A stretch of DNA of 45,911 nucleotides from a virus (lineage: Duplodnaviria; Caudoviricetes). The stretch is from the IMG/VR virus record IMGVR_UViG_3300037760_000067, positions 1-45,911 of that record. One strand, 5' to 3'. This document shows, piece after piece, positions 1 to 9,094 of this stretch. A model generated the notes under the pieces. The model saw only the letters and a list, made by a program, of their open reading frames with translations. It ran no database searches and was not told the DNA's origin. Both the position numbers and the translations under genes were made by a program. Numbering within the stretch: position 1 is the first letter of the stretch; the number at the start of each line of letters is the position of its first letter.

Positions 1-127
1 TCGGATTATGAGACCGTTGTACTATCACGCCTTTTACCTCCACACTAGGGCGTTACCGTCCACGAACGCGCCGTATTGCTCCGGATCACGACCGAACCGC
101 GCCCGAAGTTCCCCACTTGGCCACCAC
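1..127 (+). repeat. 127-nt terminal direct repeat, identical to 45785-45911 (circular assembly overlap)
   Basis: Exact identity TCGGATTATGAGACC...TTGGCCACCAC at both ends. Confidence 0.95.
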
Positions 128-153
128 GATCATTACGAGCGCCTAACGTAGTG

Positions 154-666
154 CTAGTGGAACGCTACGGCGCCGCCGTCAGCCGCCATCTGGAATGCCG
201 CGCGCCACTTACCGTAGAGTTCGCGGAACCACTCGTCCGGGTGCGCGTCCGCCTTCGATTGGTACTCAGCGAAATCCTTTGCCAGCTTCGCGCTGGTTGA
301 CGTTCCGATGGTCCCTTCGCAGTCGGAGAAGTTGATCAACTCCACAAACGGCCCCGGCTTCGGATTGGCCCAAACAGCAGCCGCTGCGCTCGGTCCGTAT
401 TTGCCTTCGATGGGCCACCAGCCCACCAGCTCGGCCAACTGGTCGCGAAACCGCATGTGTCCTCCGTATCCCACGCTCACCGCGTGGATGGCTTCCTCCG
501 CGCGGTAGGCGTACCCATCCTTGATGTCGTCCGCTCGACCGGGGAAATCGCCGTTGACGTAGAGCTGCCGCCAACCTTTGTCCCACTCCAAATCCCCGGT
601 TTCGTCGAACGCCTCGTTGCCAACCGCAAGCGTGAGGCGGCGATAGGCGGTAATGTCAAGCCCCAT
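154..666 (-). CDS. Hypothetical phage protein (170 aa)
   Basis: Natural-looking ORF (MGLDITAY...GPFVELINFSDCEG) overlapping the integrase stop. Confidence 0.8.
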   Translation of the reverse strand: MGLDITAYRRLTLAVGNEAFDETGDLEWDKGWRQLYVNGDFPGRADDIKDGYAYRAEEAIHAVSVGYGGHMRFRDQLAELVGWWPIEGKYGPSAAAAVWANPKPGPFVELINFSDCEGTIGTSTSAKLAKDFAEYQSKADAHPDEWFRELYGKWRAAFQMAADGGAVAFH

Positions 667-1762
667 GTTCCGCGCTCCCCCGTTGTGTGCGTCTGCCCGC
701 CTTGCGCGGCGGGAACACCTTACCTAACGCGGACGCGACCCGCTCCGTGCTCTCGTTCACCGTGTACCGCCGCGTCATCGCAGCCGTCCGGTGCCGCAAC
801 GCCGTCTGGATGTCCCGCTCGTCCGCGCCCGCGTCTTTCGCCCACTGGCCCATGCAGTGCCGGAGATCGTGCAGCGTCACCCCGGACACGCCCTCGGCCG
901 CGCAGCCACGGTGCCAGTGCTCGCGCAACCACTTCGCTTGCAGCCGCGACGGCACGCCCGACACGATCCAGCCCCACAGGTGCGCGGGCACACTCACCCA
1001 GCCGTCGGCGTCCTCGGTCTTCGTCCCAGGCACGTGCACGCGGCATGTATCGTCGTCCAGGTCCGCGCGGGTGCAGCGCAGGTACTCGCCCAGCCGCATG
1101 CCGGTGAGCACCAGCACCCAGTAGCTGGCCTGCGCGTGCTCCGGCGTGTGCTCGACCACGGCCGCGAACCGTTCAGGCGCGAGGTTCGGTTTCCGCTCTT
1201 TCTCGCGCTTGGTGGGGATCAGCACCATCACCCGCCGGCGGTACGGATGCCACTTGTCGCCGAGCATCACGGTCAACGTGTGCGAGACCGCGCGCCTGAC
1301 GTGCATCCAGTCGCTGCCAGAGCCGCCCCACGACGCTTTGAGCGCCTCCCAGTCCACGCGGGCCAAGTCGGCCACCTTCGCGGCCTCTGGGAGCGCGGTA
1401 GACGCCTTTCGCCTGAGCGCCTGCCACGACGTGACGTAGCGACCACGGGTCGGGCCCGGCTTCATCTTCCGGAGCGCCGCGTTGACGGCGGCCCAGAGCG
1501 GGGCGCGCAGCTTGAGGTCGTCTAGCGTCGCCAGGCTCTTGTCGTTGCGGTCCGCTTCGACCAGTTGCTCGATCGTGAGCTCGCCGTCCCGGAAGGCGCG
1601 CAGGATCTCGAGCTGCGAGTTCTCGTAGAGCTTGAGGATCACGGCATCGCGCCGCAGGTACTCGCGCCACGTCTTCGCGCGCGTGGGCTGGCGGATACGG
1701 CCGACGCTCGGGAAGATGCGGTCGAACCGCGCGGGCGGTGTGCCACTGCGCTTGGGGGTCAA
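656..1762 (-). CDS. int: Tyrosine recombinase / phage integrase
   Basis: Catalytic motifs LTGMRLGE (R), GTKT (K), HDLRH (HxxR), LRH...MTRRY (H, Y); likely TTG start at 1762 overlapping the upstream stop, after GAGGG. Confidence 0.92.
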   Translation of the reverse strand: MTPKRSGTPPARFDRIFPSVGRIRQPTRAKTWREYLRRDAVILKLYENSQLEILRAFRDGELTIEQLVEADRNDKSLATLDDLKLRAPLWAAVNAALRKMKPGPTRGRYVTSWQALRRKASTALPEAAKVADLARVDWEALKASWGGSGSDWMHVRRAVSHTLTVMLGDKWHPYRRRVMVLIPTKREKERKPNLAPERFAAVVEHTPEHAQASYWVLVLTGMRLGEYLRCTRADLDDDTCRVHVPGTKTEDADGWVSVPAHLWGWIVSGVPSRLQAKWLREHWHRGCAAEGVSGVTLHDLRHCMGQWAKDAGADERDIQTALRHRTAAMTRRYTVNESTERVASALGKVFPPRKAGRRTQRGSAEHGA

Positions 1763-2028
1763 GCCGCACCCTCGCGCGATGCCGCCCATGTCTCGGTCCA
1801 CCGCACGATCGCCGAGCGGCGCCAGAGCACCTTGCGGCCCAGCTTCTTGCGGTCGTCGGGCGCGACGTGCGCCAAAATCCACTTCACGCTCGCGTGCCGG
1901 TACGGCAGGTCGGGGTCCGCCTGGATGTCGGCGGCTGAGACCCACGGCCCTAACGCAGCGTCAGGTGCCTGCGCGGTCGTGCGCGCGCTCGCGGCCACGA
2001 GCTGCACCGGGCGATCCCGGCGCGTCAT
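1759..2028 (-). CDS. Putative excisionase-like DNA-binding protein
   Basis: Small basic ORF coupled upstream of int; KKLGRKVLWRRSAIVRW resembles the Xis/MerR-type wing motif. Confidence 0.55.
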   Translation of the reverse strand: MTRRDRPVQLVAASARTTAQAPDAALGPWVSAADIQADPDLPYRHASVKWILAHVAPDDRKKLGRKVLWRRSAIVRWTETWAASREGAA

Positions 2029-2237
2029 GCGGCACCGTCCGTCGGCTCGTCGTCCATTGTCTCCACCCAGCCGCCGAAGCCCGCCCAGATGATCTCCGCG
2101 CGGCGCGGCGCGCCCGTGTTCGCATCGCGCACCGAGACAGCCCACGCACCGTCGATCTCGGCATGCACAGCGACGATGTCCTCGTAGCCCTGTGGGCCGT
2201 ACCAGACGACGTGACCTACCTTCGGGGTCTCAGCCAC
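2025..2237 (-). CDS. Hypothetical protein
   Basis: Translationally coupled ORF in early operon. Confidence 0.6.
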   Translation of the reverse strand: MAETPKVGHVVWYGPQGYEDIVAVHAEIDGAWAVSVRDANTGAPRRAEIIWAGFGGWVETMDDEPTDGAA

Positions 2238-2568
2238 GGCTCTGCACCTCCGGACCGCCTGCGCTCGCGACCGCGTAGTCGATCGCCGCAGCCGTCAGCC
2301 CGTTCTCCGCCGCTCGGAACTGCTCGTCTGACCCGTGGTGGGCGAGCGCAGCGTAGGCGATGGCGGCCTGTTCCAGCGGCTCCGCGCGCTTGGCCCGCTG
2401 CTCGGCAGCGGCGAGTGCGGCGGCCAAGGCATCACCAGCGGCATATAGCGGCTTTGCGTCTTCCGTCTCGCCGTAGATGTCGCAGTAGTCATTGCACGCC
2501 AGCAGCCACTGTTGCAGCATATCCCGCACGTCAGGCGCGGGCGCAGTCGCCTCGTTGGGCGCGGTCAC
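2230..2568 (-). CDS. Hypothetical protein
   Basis: GTG start overlapping upstream stop; coupled. Confidence 0.55.
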   Translation of the reverse strand: MTAPNEATAPAPDVRDMLQQWLLACNDYCDIYGETEDAKPLYAAGDALAAALAAAEQRAKRAEPLEQAAIAYAALAHHGSDEQFRAAENGLTAAAIDYAVASAGGPEVQSRG

Positions 2569-2801
2569 GGGCTGGACTCCGGCAGCCTGACGAGCACGTA
2601 GCCGAGCCGCCCACGTACCTGCATCTGCGGCATGTTTGTGTCGTACCACGCCCGGTCAGCGCGCTGCTCTCTACGGATCTGAGCCAACGACGGAACCAGC
2701 GTCACGACATGCCGACCCACGGCGAAACAAAGCGTATCATCGGCAAACAGAGCCGGTTTTCCATCGATCGTGTGCATGTACCACGTGCGCTGCTTCGTCA
2801 T
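2565..2801 (-). CDS. Hypothetical protein
   Basis: ATGA overlap with upstream gene, GGAGG RBS. Confidence 0.6.
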   Translation of the reverse strand: MTKQRTWYMHTIDGKPALFADDTLCFAVGRHVVTLVPSLAQIRREQRADRAWYDTNMPQMQVRGRLGYVLVRLPESSP

Positions 2802-3154
2802 GCCCCCTCCTCCTGCTTGTGTTTGCCCGCCTTGCGAGGCGGAGCATCGTATGGCGATGGCTCACGCGCTGCGGCCGCTACCCATGCCGCCGGTGGCTCG
2901 AGCGGCCCGCACACGCGGACCGGGATCGCGTCCCTCGGGTGCGGTACCGCTGGCTCGTAGCCTTCCGGCTCGGCGCACATAGGCCGTCGCACGACCTTGG
3001 CCGGGCAGTGACCGAACGCTTTCTTCATCCGCTTCTGGCGTTGCAGCTCGGCATGCTCCTCGGGCGTAAGGCAACCGTGGTGCTTCGGCGGCGGCGTGCC
3101 CTTGGCTCGACGTTTGGGCTGTCTGCGTTCGCATTTGCGCTGCCTGGCGTTCAT
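2798..3154 (-). CDS. Hypothetical protein
   Basis: Coupled ORF filling the operon gap. Confidence 0.45.
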   Translation of the reverse strand: MNARQRKCERRQPKRRAKGTPPPKHHGCLTPEEHAELQRQKRMKKAFGHCPAKVVRRPMCAEPEGYEPAVPHPRDAIPVRVCGPLEPPAAWVAAAAREPSPYDAPPRKAGKHKQEEGA

Positions 3155-3573
3155 CGCAGGCCCGCTTCAACACTGTATGCGCGAAGCGACAGCTCACGAT
3201 TGCGGATGCGTTCGTTGATCTCGGTGATGCGGTTCTCCAGCCGAACCCACGCGATCTTGTCTTTCTCGGCGCGTTCCAGGAATGCACGGTACTCGTCATC
3301 GGCGTAGGCGTACTGCTCGACTGCCGCCTCGGTGACCTTGTCGCCGTGCTCCGTCAGGCGTGCGCGCGATGCGACTTTCGCCAATTCCACGCGCTGCTTG
3401 CGGATGTTGTCCCACAAACCGAACGAGCCGTAGAGCGCGGCCAGTTGCGCACCGCTGTCGATCAGCTCGCGCCGCTGCTGCTGCAACTCCTCCAGCGATT
3501 CGATGTCAGCGCGTGACTCCAGCGCGCGCATAGCATCCATCGCAGGATCGCGAGCCACCAGTGTCTCAGTCAT
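3151..3573 (-). CDS. Helical/coiled-coil protein, possibly a UvsY-like recombination accessory
   Basis: All-helical composition; KVTEAAVEQYAYADDEY segment; near SSB-like gene; family assignment weak. Confidence 0.5.
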   Translation of the reverse strand: MTETLVARDPAMDAMRALESRADIESLEELQQQRRELIDSGAQLAALYGSFGLWDNIRKQRVELAKVASRARLTEHGDKVTEAAVEQYAYADDEYRAFLERAEKDKIAWVRLENRITEINERIRNRELSLRAYSVEAGLR

Positions 3574-3992
3574 GCCACGTCTCTCCTTTCCATTCGATGC
3601 CGCTCTTTGTGATGTTTGCGGCATAGCCACACCACAACAAGCGCTCGACTGTAGTCTTCATGGTGTGCCTCGACCTTTGCCACGCCGCACACTTCGCATG
3701 GCAGCCGCTTCAGCTTTCCGCGTCGCACTGCGTTATGTACGGCAATACGAGCCTTCCAGTGTTCGGGGTGCTTCATCTTCTGACTCCGGAGCAACGCCAG
3801 CCGGTGTGGCTGTCCAGATCGCGAGCGCTCATACGCCAGGTACGCGTCTCGACGCCTCACGTAGTTCTCCTGCACGTCTCGGCGGGTGCACACGGCACAC
3901 TTGTTCAGGTGGCCGTCGGCCATCCGGGGGTGTGTGTAGAACCTGGTCAGAGTTTTCGTCTGGCCGCACTTGAAGCATTTCTTGCGTCGCAT
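3570..3992 (-). CDS. Zinc-binding HNH-like nuclease protein
   Basis: CFKC, CAVC, CEVC, EAHHEDY...WLCRKHH motifs. Confidence 0.7.
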   Translation of the reverse strand: MRRKKCFKCGQTKTLTRFYTHPRMADGHLNKCAVCTRRDVQENYVRRRDAYLAYERSRSGQPHRLALLRSQKMKHPEHWKARIAVHNAVRRGKLKRLPCEVCGVAKVEAHHEDYSRALVVVWLCRKHHKERHRMERRDVA

Positions 3993-4001
3993 AGCGCCTA
4001 A

Positions 4002-4577
4002 CTAAAATGGTAACTCGTCTTCGTCCGCTTCCAACTCCTCGATACTCGCGAACTCGGTCGGCGGCGCGTGCTGCTGCTCGGGCGCTGCACCGTTCGTGTC
4101 CTTCGCCCGGTCCTTGACGCGCTTGAAGTTGGACGAGACGGCCAGCGCCTTCATGTCCTTTGGCAGCTTGCCTAGCGACGCGATCACGGCCTTCGTCCCG
4201 CCGTTCTGCTTCTGCTTGCTCATGAAGTTGGCATAGGCGGTCCGGCCAACCAGCTTCATGATGTCGACGCCGTTCTCGACCTGCTCATCCGTCAGCGACT
4301 TGCCGCTCCATGCTTCCAGGCGCTTGCGGAGATTCGCTTTTTCGGACAGCGACAGGGTGAACCACTCACTGTGTTCGAGCGGCTCGCCAGTTTCCTCGTT
4401 GAGCACTTCGGATTGCCAGACGAAGCGCACTTCGCGCCGCTTTCCCTTGTTGCCCATGTACTCGTACTCGCGCATGCCCTCGTCGTGGATGTCGGCGAGA
4501 ATGATCCGCGCCCACCCGTCGGGATGCGGCTTGTACGTGGTGCCGCCGTCGCCCTTGGCGATCAGTGACTCAGTCAT
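4002..4577 (-). CDS. Putative single-stranded DNA-binding protein (NGO0469-like)
   Basis: FTLSLSEKANLRKRLEAWSG motif; acidic C-terminal tail ending DEDELPF typical of SSBs. Confidence 0.7.
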   Translation of the reverse strand: MTESLIAKGDGGTTYKPHPDGWARIILADIHDEGMREYEYMGNKGKRREVRFVWQSEVLNEETGEPLEHSEWFTLSLSEKANLRKRLEAWSGKSLTDEQVENGVDIMKLVGRTAYANFMSKQKQNGGTKAVIASLGKLPKDMKALAVSSNFKRVKDRAKDTNGAAPEQQHAPPTEFASIEELEADEDELPF

Positions 4578-4579
4578 CG

Positions 4580-4870
4580 TTATGCCTCTACCGTAGAAGT
4601 GTCAGCGCGTGCGCCGATCCGACCGGCCACGCAGCCTTTGACCAGCTCGGATACCATCGTTTGCGGCGCCACCTGATTCAGCTTGCTCATCAACTCGATG
4701 ATCGCGTCCGACTGCCGACCGATCTTTTCCCGCTGGTCCGCGATGCGGTCGTTTGCGGCTCGCAGCTGTTCGCGTAGCGTGTCGTTCTCCGCGGCCATGA
4801 CGCGCAGTGACTCGGCGCAGTGTTCGTTCTCGCACCGCCGCAGCAGTGTCAGGCCAACCGGGGCGCTCAT
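4580..4870 (-). CDS. Hypothetical coiled-coil protein
   Basis: Coupled ORF with heptad pattern. Confidence 0.55.
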   Translation of the reverse strand: MSAPVGLTLLRRCENEHCAESLRVMAAENDTLREQLRAANDRIADQREKIGRQSDAIIELMSKLNQVAPQTMVSELVKGCVAGRIGARADTSTVEA

Positions 4871-5034
4871 GTGCCGGACTCCGGCGTGGTCGCTCGCGCT
4901 GCTAACCGCCGCAATACCGTGCACGTGGCTAACACTGTCACGAGGTCGTCGGCCGATAACTGGCTATCGAACGTCAGCGCTTGGAGCGCATCTGCCAGCG
5001 CCGCCACGTCAGGCGTCTCGTTGGGCGCGCTCAT
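4867..5034 (-). CDS. Hypothetical protein (55 aa, not in the ORF track)
   Basis: MSAPNETPDVAAL...PESGT; ATGA overlaps at both ends. Confidence 0.55.
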   Translation of the reverse strand: MSAPNETPDVAALADALQALTFDSQLSADDLVTVLATCTVLRRLAARATTPESGT

Positions 5035-5345
5035 TTCAACAGCCTTCCGCGGCCCGCATCGATCATCGCCGCGCGATAGCTCGGCGATTCGGATTCCGGG
5101 CCGAACGTGCCCACGTGGCTACCGCCGTCGGGCGGCGACCCGTACCACTCGATCACCTTCGCGAACAGGGCGCCCAGGTCCGTGCTCTCGAACGTCGCCG
5201 ACTCCTCGAAGTAGTCCGTGACGGTCGCGCTGTAGTACAGGTTGCCGTCGCGCTTGGGCTGCGCCGGGTGCAGCTCGAGCTTGCAGCCGTCAGGCGCGAG
5301 CAGGGCCGCCAAGTCGATCAGTAATGCCGTGTTCGGGGTACTCAT
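5031..5345 (-). CDS. Hypothetical protein
   Basis: GAGG RBS, coupled to downstream ORF. Confidence 0.6.
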   Translation of the reverse strand: MSTPNTALLIDLAALLAPDGCKLELHPAQPKRDGNLYYSATVTDYFEESATFESTDLGALFAKVIEWYGSPPDGGSHVGTFGPESESPSYRAAMIDAGRGRLLK

Positions 5346-5854
5346 TGCGTCCTCGTTGCGACTGCGTGTACGTTTCCAGGGTCAAGGCGAGTTCGCGTCG
5401 CATGTGGCTCGTCCTGACCAAGCCCCGGCTGGCCTCCACCAGTGCGGGGCACTTCACATCTGCCTACCTGCTGCCGCGGTCCTGCGAGGCGGGAGCGCGC
5501 TCCGTGTGCCCGGCATTCGGGTCACCCCTGGTCCTCGCCTTACGACGTAAACTCCGGAGCCTGGCATCCCACACGTTTGAGAGGTACGAGCCAGGACGGC
5601 GCCCAGACAACCGGACAGCAGGCACCTACCAATTCCGCGGGTCGCGCGCCGCGATAAACCAGAGCCCCGCTAGGCTCACCGCGCCGATCGCGCACGCGAT
5701 GAGCAGGATCGAGATGGCGCTCTGCACGCCGTCGTGCGCCCACATCACAACCTCCATCCCCGCGTGATCCAGCGTCCGCCCGCGAACACGAGCACGAAAC
5801 ACACGACCCACGTCAGGACGATCGCCCGCATCGGCGCCTCCGTTGTGTTAGGGA

Positions 5855-6049
5855 TCATGGCCGCATGACCCACCCGATTCCCCATGCCAGCATCAGCGCA
5901 CCAGCCACGAGCATCAGCACGCTGCCCCAGCGGACTTCGCGATACGTGCCGCAGACGTGCGGCTCGGGCAGGTCCAGTCGCAGCGGTTCTCCGCAAATTC
6001 GGCACGTCGGGCCGTTAGGCTGGGGGTCACCCCACGCCAGATCAGACAT
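5855..6049 (-). CDS. Small zinc-binding membrane protein
   Basis: CRIC...HVC followed by a hydrophobic helix; GGAGG RBS. Confidence 0.5.
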   Translation of the reverse strand: MSDLAWGDPQPNGPTCRICGEPLRLDLPEPHVCGTYREVRWGSVLMLVAGALMLAWGIGWVMRP

Positions 6050-6425
6050 TGGGTACCTCCGCCGCCGTCGCGCTGGCAGCATCAGGGTCCAGCCGGTCGT
6101 AGGGGAACCAGCCGGTCGGGTCGCTCCTATGGCACTCCTGTCGTAATGCGCGGCCCGTCGTGCAGCCCGTCCACGAGAAATCACTGCACTCGCCGCAAGT
6201 CGCGAGATGCGCGGCGAACATCAGCCAGAGAGCACGCCCGCGCTCAGCGAGCGAAACCCGCTCCTCGGCGGCGGCCAGCGCGGTACGGGCATCACGGAGT
6301 GGCACAACCAGCGATCGAAGGCTGGCGATATCGGAGCAGTCGCACTCGCCGCCGAGAAACGATTCGATGCGCAATAGTTCCGAGATCAGTGCCGCTACGT
6401 CAGGCGTCTTCGCGTCAGCGCTCAT
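6042..6425 (-). CDS. Hypothetical Cys-rich protein
   Basis: ATGA-coupled; CDC and CGEC motifs. Confidence 0.5.
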   Translation of the reverse strand: MSADAKTPDVAALISELLRIESFLGGECDCSDIASLRSLVVPLRDARTALAAAEERVSLAERGRALWLMFAAHLATCGECSDFSWTGCTTGRALRQECHRSDPTGWFPYDRLDPDAASATAAEVPNV

Positions 6426-6955
6426 CGGGTCGCCACCAGCGAGTGACGGGCCTGACGACGGCCGGCCGCGCGACGGCCTTCCTCGATCGTGCACGCCCTG
6501 ACGATCGCGTTCAGCTTCGTGATGTGCGCACGTGCAGCCGTCCGGATCGCGACCAGGTCGCTATCGCTCAGACTCCCGCTCTGCGCCGCGGCGACCAGCA
6601 CATCGCACGTGCCCTGCGCCCGCGTCTCCTCGACGAACAGCCGGGGGAACTCGACCACCGGCAGCTCGTCCGCGTAGAACGACCGCGTGATGGCGAGCCC
6701 GCAATGCCACGGCGCTTCGGCACGGTGCTGTGACACACCGGCGAGCTTGGCGCGCCAGGTCATCCGGGTCAGCATGTTGCCGGGCTTGTTGTTGCCGGGC
6801 CGTTCGTGGTTGCCCAACTGCTTCCACCAGTGCGGGTGCGGGTGGCCGGACAACTCCGCGATCATGTAGCGGAGGGAGTCGGCGATCCTGACGTTGCATT
6901 CGTCCAGCATCGGCAGGTCAGGGCCAACCAAAGCGAGGGATAGGTTGTGTCGCAT
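6422..6955 (-). CDS. Hypothetical protein in a CII-like position
   Basis: 177-aa ORF early in the repressor-divergent operon. Confidence 0.6.
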   Translation of the reverse strand: MRHNLSLALVGPDLPMLDECNVRIADSLRYMIAELSGHPHPHWWKQLGNHERPGNNKPGNMLTRMTWRAKLAGVSQHRAEAPWHCGLAITRSFYADELPVVEFPRLFVEETRAQGTCDVLVAAAQSGSLSDSDLVAIRTAARAHITKLNAIVRACTIEEGRRAAGRRQARHSLVATR

Positions 6956-7029
6956 GTGGGGGTATTGGGTTGAGGTTGTTGGTATGATCAGGATTGCTAC
7001 TCATGCTCGGGCGCCACCACGCACCCAGC

Positions 7030-7524
7030 TCATCCAGCTTTGCGGACAATGTCCTGTGATCGTTCTCGCCTCAGTTTGTCGCGCTCCCTCTTACAGACAC
7101 GACACTCTCGCCCTCGCTTGTGAGGCATGATGTTGTCGTCCGTGAACGGGTGCCCACGGACGCAGTGCGGCCACGGGCCTTTGTGCCCTACTACCATGCG
7201 AGGTGTAGTCCCCCTGACGCGCCCACGGCCCTTGCGCACCATGTCACGCACGTTGTCCGACGGGCTGCCGAGGCGGAGGTGCGCCGGATTGACGCAAATG
7301 GGCACATCGCAGCTATGCATTACATATTCTGTTCTGTCAGGCATGTGGCCCGTTGCTAGGTAATAGGCGAAACGGTGCGCCTTCATGATCTTTCGCCCAG
7401 AGATCGAGGAAGGAGGCCGGAATTTTCCATAGCCGTCCTTCGCTATGGCAGCCTGCCAGATCCAGCAGCGATCCCCATCCTTCCGAACCTTTTCCCAAAA
7501 CCTTTGAGCCACCGACTTCCTCAC
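7030..7524 (-). CDS. HNH endonuclease with C-terminal zinc finger
   Basis: RFWEKV..CWIW..GYGKF..AHRFAY..VMHSCDVPICVNPAHLRLG..DN; HCVRGH..CRVC; GTG start overlapping upstream stop. Confidence 0.9.
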   Translation of the reverse strand: MRKSVAQRFWEKVRKDGDRCWIWQAAIAKDGYGKFRPPSSISGRKIMKAHRFAYYLATGHMPDRTEYVMHSCDVPICVNPAHLRLGSPSDNVRDMVRKGRGRVRGTTPRMVVGHKGPWPHCVRGHPFTDDNIMPHKRGRECRVCKRERDKLRRERSQDIVRKAG

Positions 7525-7703
7525 GCTGCTGCCCGCTTCTTGAGCTTTCGCCACAGCTCGATCCCGACGATGACGTGGCGATCGTATCCAGCGACCGTGA
7601 TCGTGACCGGCTCTGCTTCCGCGCGGCGCAGCCACGCCCGGAGATTGTCACGGAAGTCCCGCGTCCCAACGCGCGGCTTGCTCTCGACATCGCTCTCGCG
7701 CAT
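7521..7703 (-). CDS. Phd/YefM-fold small DNA-binding protein in the Cro position
   Basis: VGTRDFRDNLRAWLRRAEAEPVTITVAG fits the Phd/YefM N-terminal consensus pattern. Confidence 0.65.
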   Translation of the reverse strand: MRESDVESKPRVGTRDFRDNLRAWLRRAEAEPVTITVAGYDRHVIVGIELWRKLKKRAAA

Positions 7704-7845
7704 ATTCGTAAGTCGTTGGAGGGAAATGACTTATATGTCCGCGGCACATATCCTCATGTGCTGCAGGCATAGGATAAGGCGGAACGCGCATGTACGCAAG
7801 CGTTCAGCCCGTAATCGTTACAATTCAGTTGAGGCCAGGCCGCGC
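7704..7845. promoter_or_regulatory. Divergent immunity-switch intergenic region with inverted repeats
   Basis: AT-richer gap between divergent genes; TAAGTC..GACTTA and GCGGCACAT..ATGTGCTGC inverted repeats. Confidence 0.55.
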
Positions 7846-8202
7846 ATGGCGATAGGGAGGGACCTGACGACGGTGGGAGGGAGAATCCGCGAGGCGCGGG
7901 AGCTATGGAGTTGGAATCACCGCGACTCCCCGGCGATGACCCAAGCGCGCCTCGGGGAGCTCGTAGGCGTGCATCAGACGACCGTGTCCGAATGGGAGGC
8001 GAACGAGCGTCCCCTGGCCGTTGACACGGTCGCTCTGATCGCAACCATTCTGGAGGTGCCCGCCGAGTGGATTGCGTTCAGGCAGGGCGAGCCACGCGCA
8101 CAACCCACCGGCACGCTGCACCCGCTGACGGGCACACGTGGTGAGAATGCCGAGCCAGTCGATCCGTCTACGGGGCGATCGCGCCGCAGGCGAGAGTCCT
8201 AG
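7846..8202 (+). CDS. XRE-family HTH repressor (CI-like)
   Basis: GGRIREARE..MTQARLGELVGVHQTTVSEWEANER..IATILEVPAEWI; divergent from the early operon. Confidence 0.88.
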   Translation: MAIGRDLTTVGGRIREARELWSWNHRDSPAMTQARLGELVGVHQTTVSEWEANERPLAVDTVALIATILEVPAEWIAFRQGEPRAQPTGTLHPLTGTRGENAEPVDPSTGRSRRRRES

Positions 8203-8205
8203 CGG

Positions 8206-8463
8206 CTAGACGCGCACAAGGTGGGGGCGGGGCGGCGCTCCACTGATCGCCGTCTGCGCAACACACCGATCCGACATCGCAAATACCTCCGCCTCGAACT
8301 CTGGCGTCACAGCACCAAGCTCGACCTTGATTTCCATGGTCCTGCCGTTGGCGATCGGCAGGAAGTAGTGAATCTCATTCGGGACGACGATGTCGCATTC
8401 CTTCCGAACACTCCGGACAGGGAGCGGGTCAAACTGCGACACTCGGGGCGGCTGGACAGGCAT
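8206..8463 (-). CDS. Hypothetical protein
   Basis: 85-aa ORF convergent with the repressor. Confidence 0.4.
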   Translation of the reverse strand: MPVQPPRVSQFDPLPVRSVRKECDIVVPNEIHYFLPIANGRTMEIKVELGAVTPEFEAEVFAMSDRCVAQTAISGAPPRPHLVRV

Positions 8464-8629
8464 CGGTGACGCGGTCTCCGTGGGGGGCTGGGAGCGGATC
8501 GGGTTCGCACTCTGTTCGGGGGTTGCTACAACTTAGCGAACCTGTTTGCGGAGGGCCAGAATAGGCGATGTGATGCACATCACGCAATAACGAATTTCGT
8601 TAGGAAAATCTAATCATCGGAGGCATCCC

Positions 8630-9094
8630 ATGCGACGTATAGTTGTGCTCGGCTTCGCGCTATCTGCGCTCGGGTGCGCTACCGTGCCGCCCGCGCTCGG
8701 GCCCGGTGACTCCATACCGATGGTCATCCGATCGCCGCTCTCGGTCGAGCAGGCGACCGCTGGGGTGCAGCGCGCGGCGGTCGACTCGGGGTTCATCGTG
8801 AGCGGCGTGGACCTCGGCGTCGTAACGGTCGGACCGTACAAGATCCCGAACCACCCTGACGTGACGGTGATGCTCCGGGCGAACATCGTCGCGGGCGATA
8901 GCGGCAGCGTCGTGCAAGTGACCGGGGTCGCGACGGACCTTGCCGAAATCGCGCTGTCGCGGGCACTCGTCGGCGCCGAATGGCAGGGCATGAGCGAAGG
9001 CGTCCCCATCGACAACAAGCGCCGCGGCCGCTACGCGTGGCGGTATGCGGAAGTGCAGCGCTTCGCCACCGCGATCCGTGCGCGCATCGAATGA
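8630..9094 (+). CDS. Lipoprotein, possible superinfection-exclusion protein
   Basis: MRRIVVLGFALSALG-C lipobox; GGAGG RBS; lysogeny-strand orientation. Confidence 0.75.
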   Translation: MRRIVVLGFALSALGCATVPPALGPGDSIPMVIRSPLSVEQATAGVQRAAVDSGFIVSGVDLGVVTVGPYKIPNHPDVTVMLRANIVAGDSGSVVQVTGVATDLAEIALSRALVGAEWQGMSEGVPIDNKRRGRYAWRYAEVQRFATAIRARIE

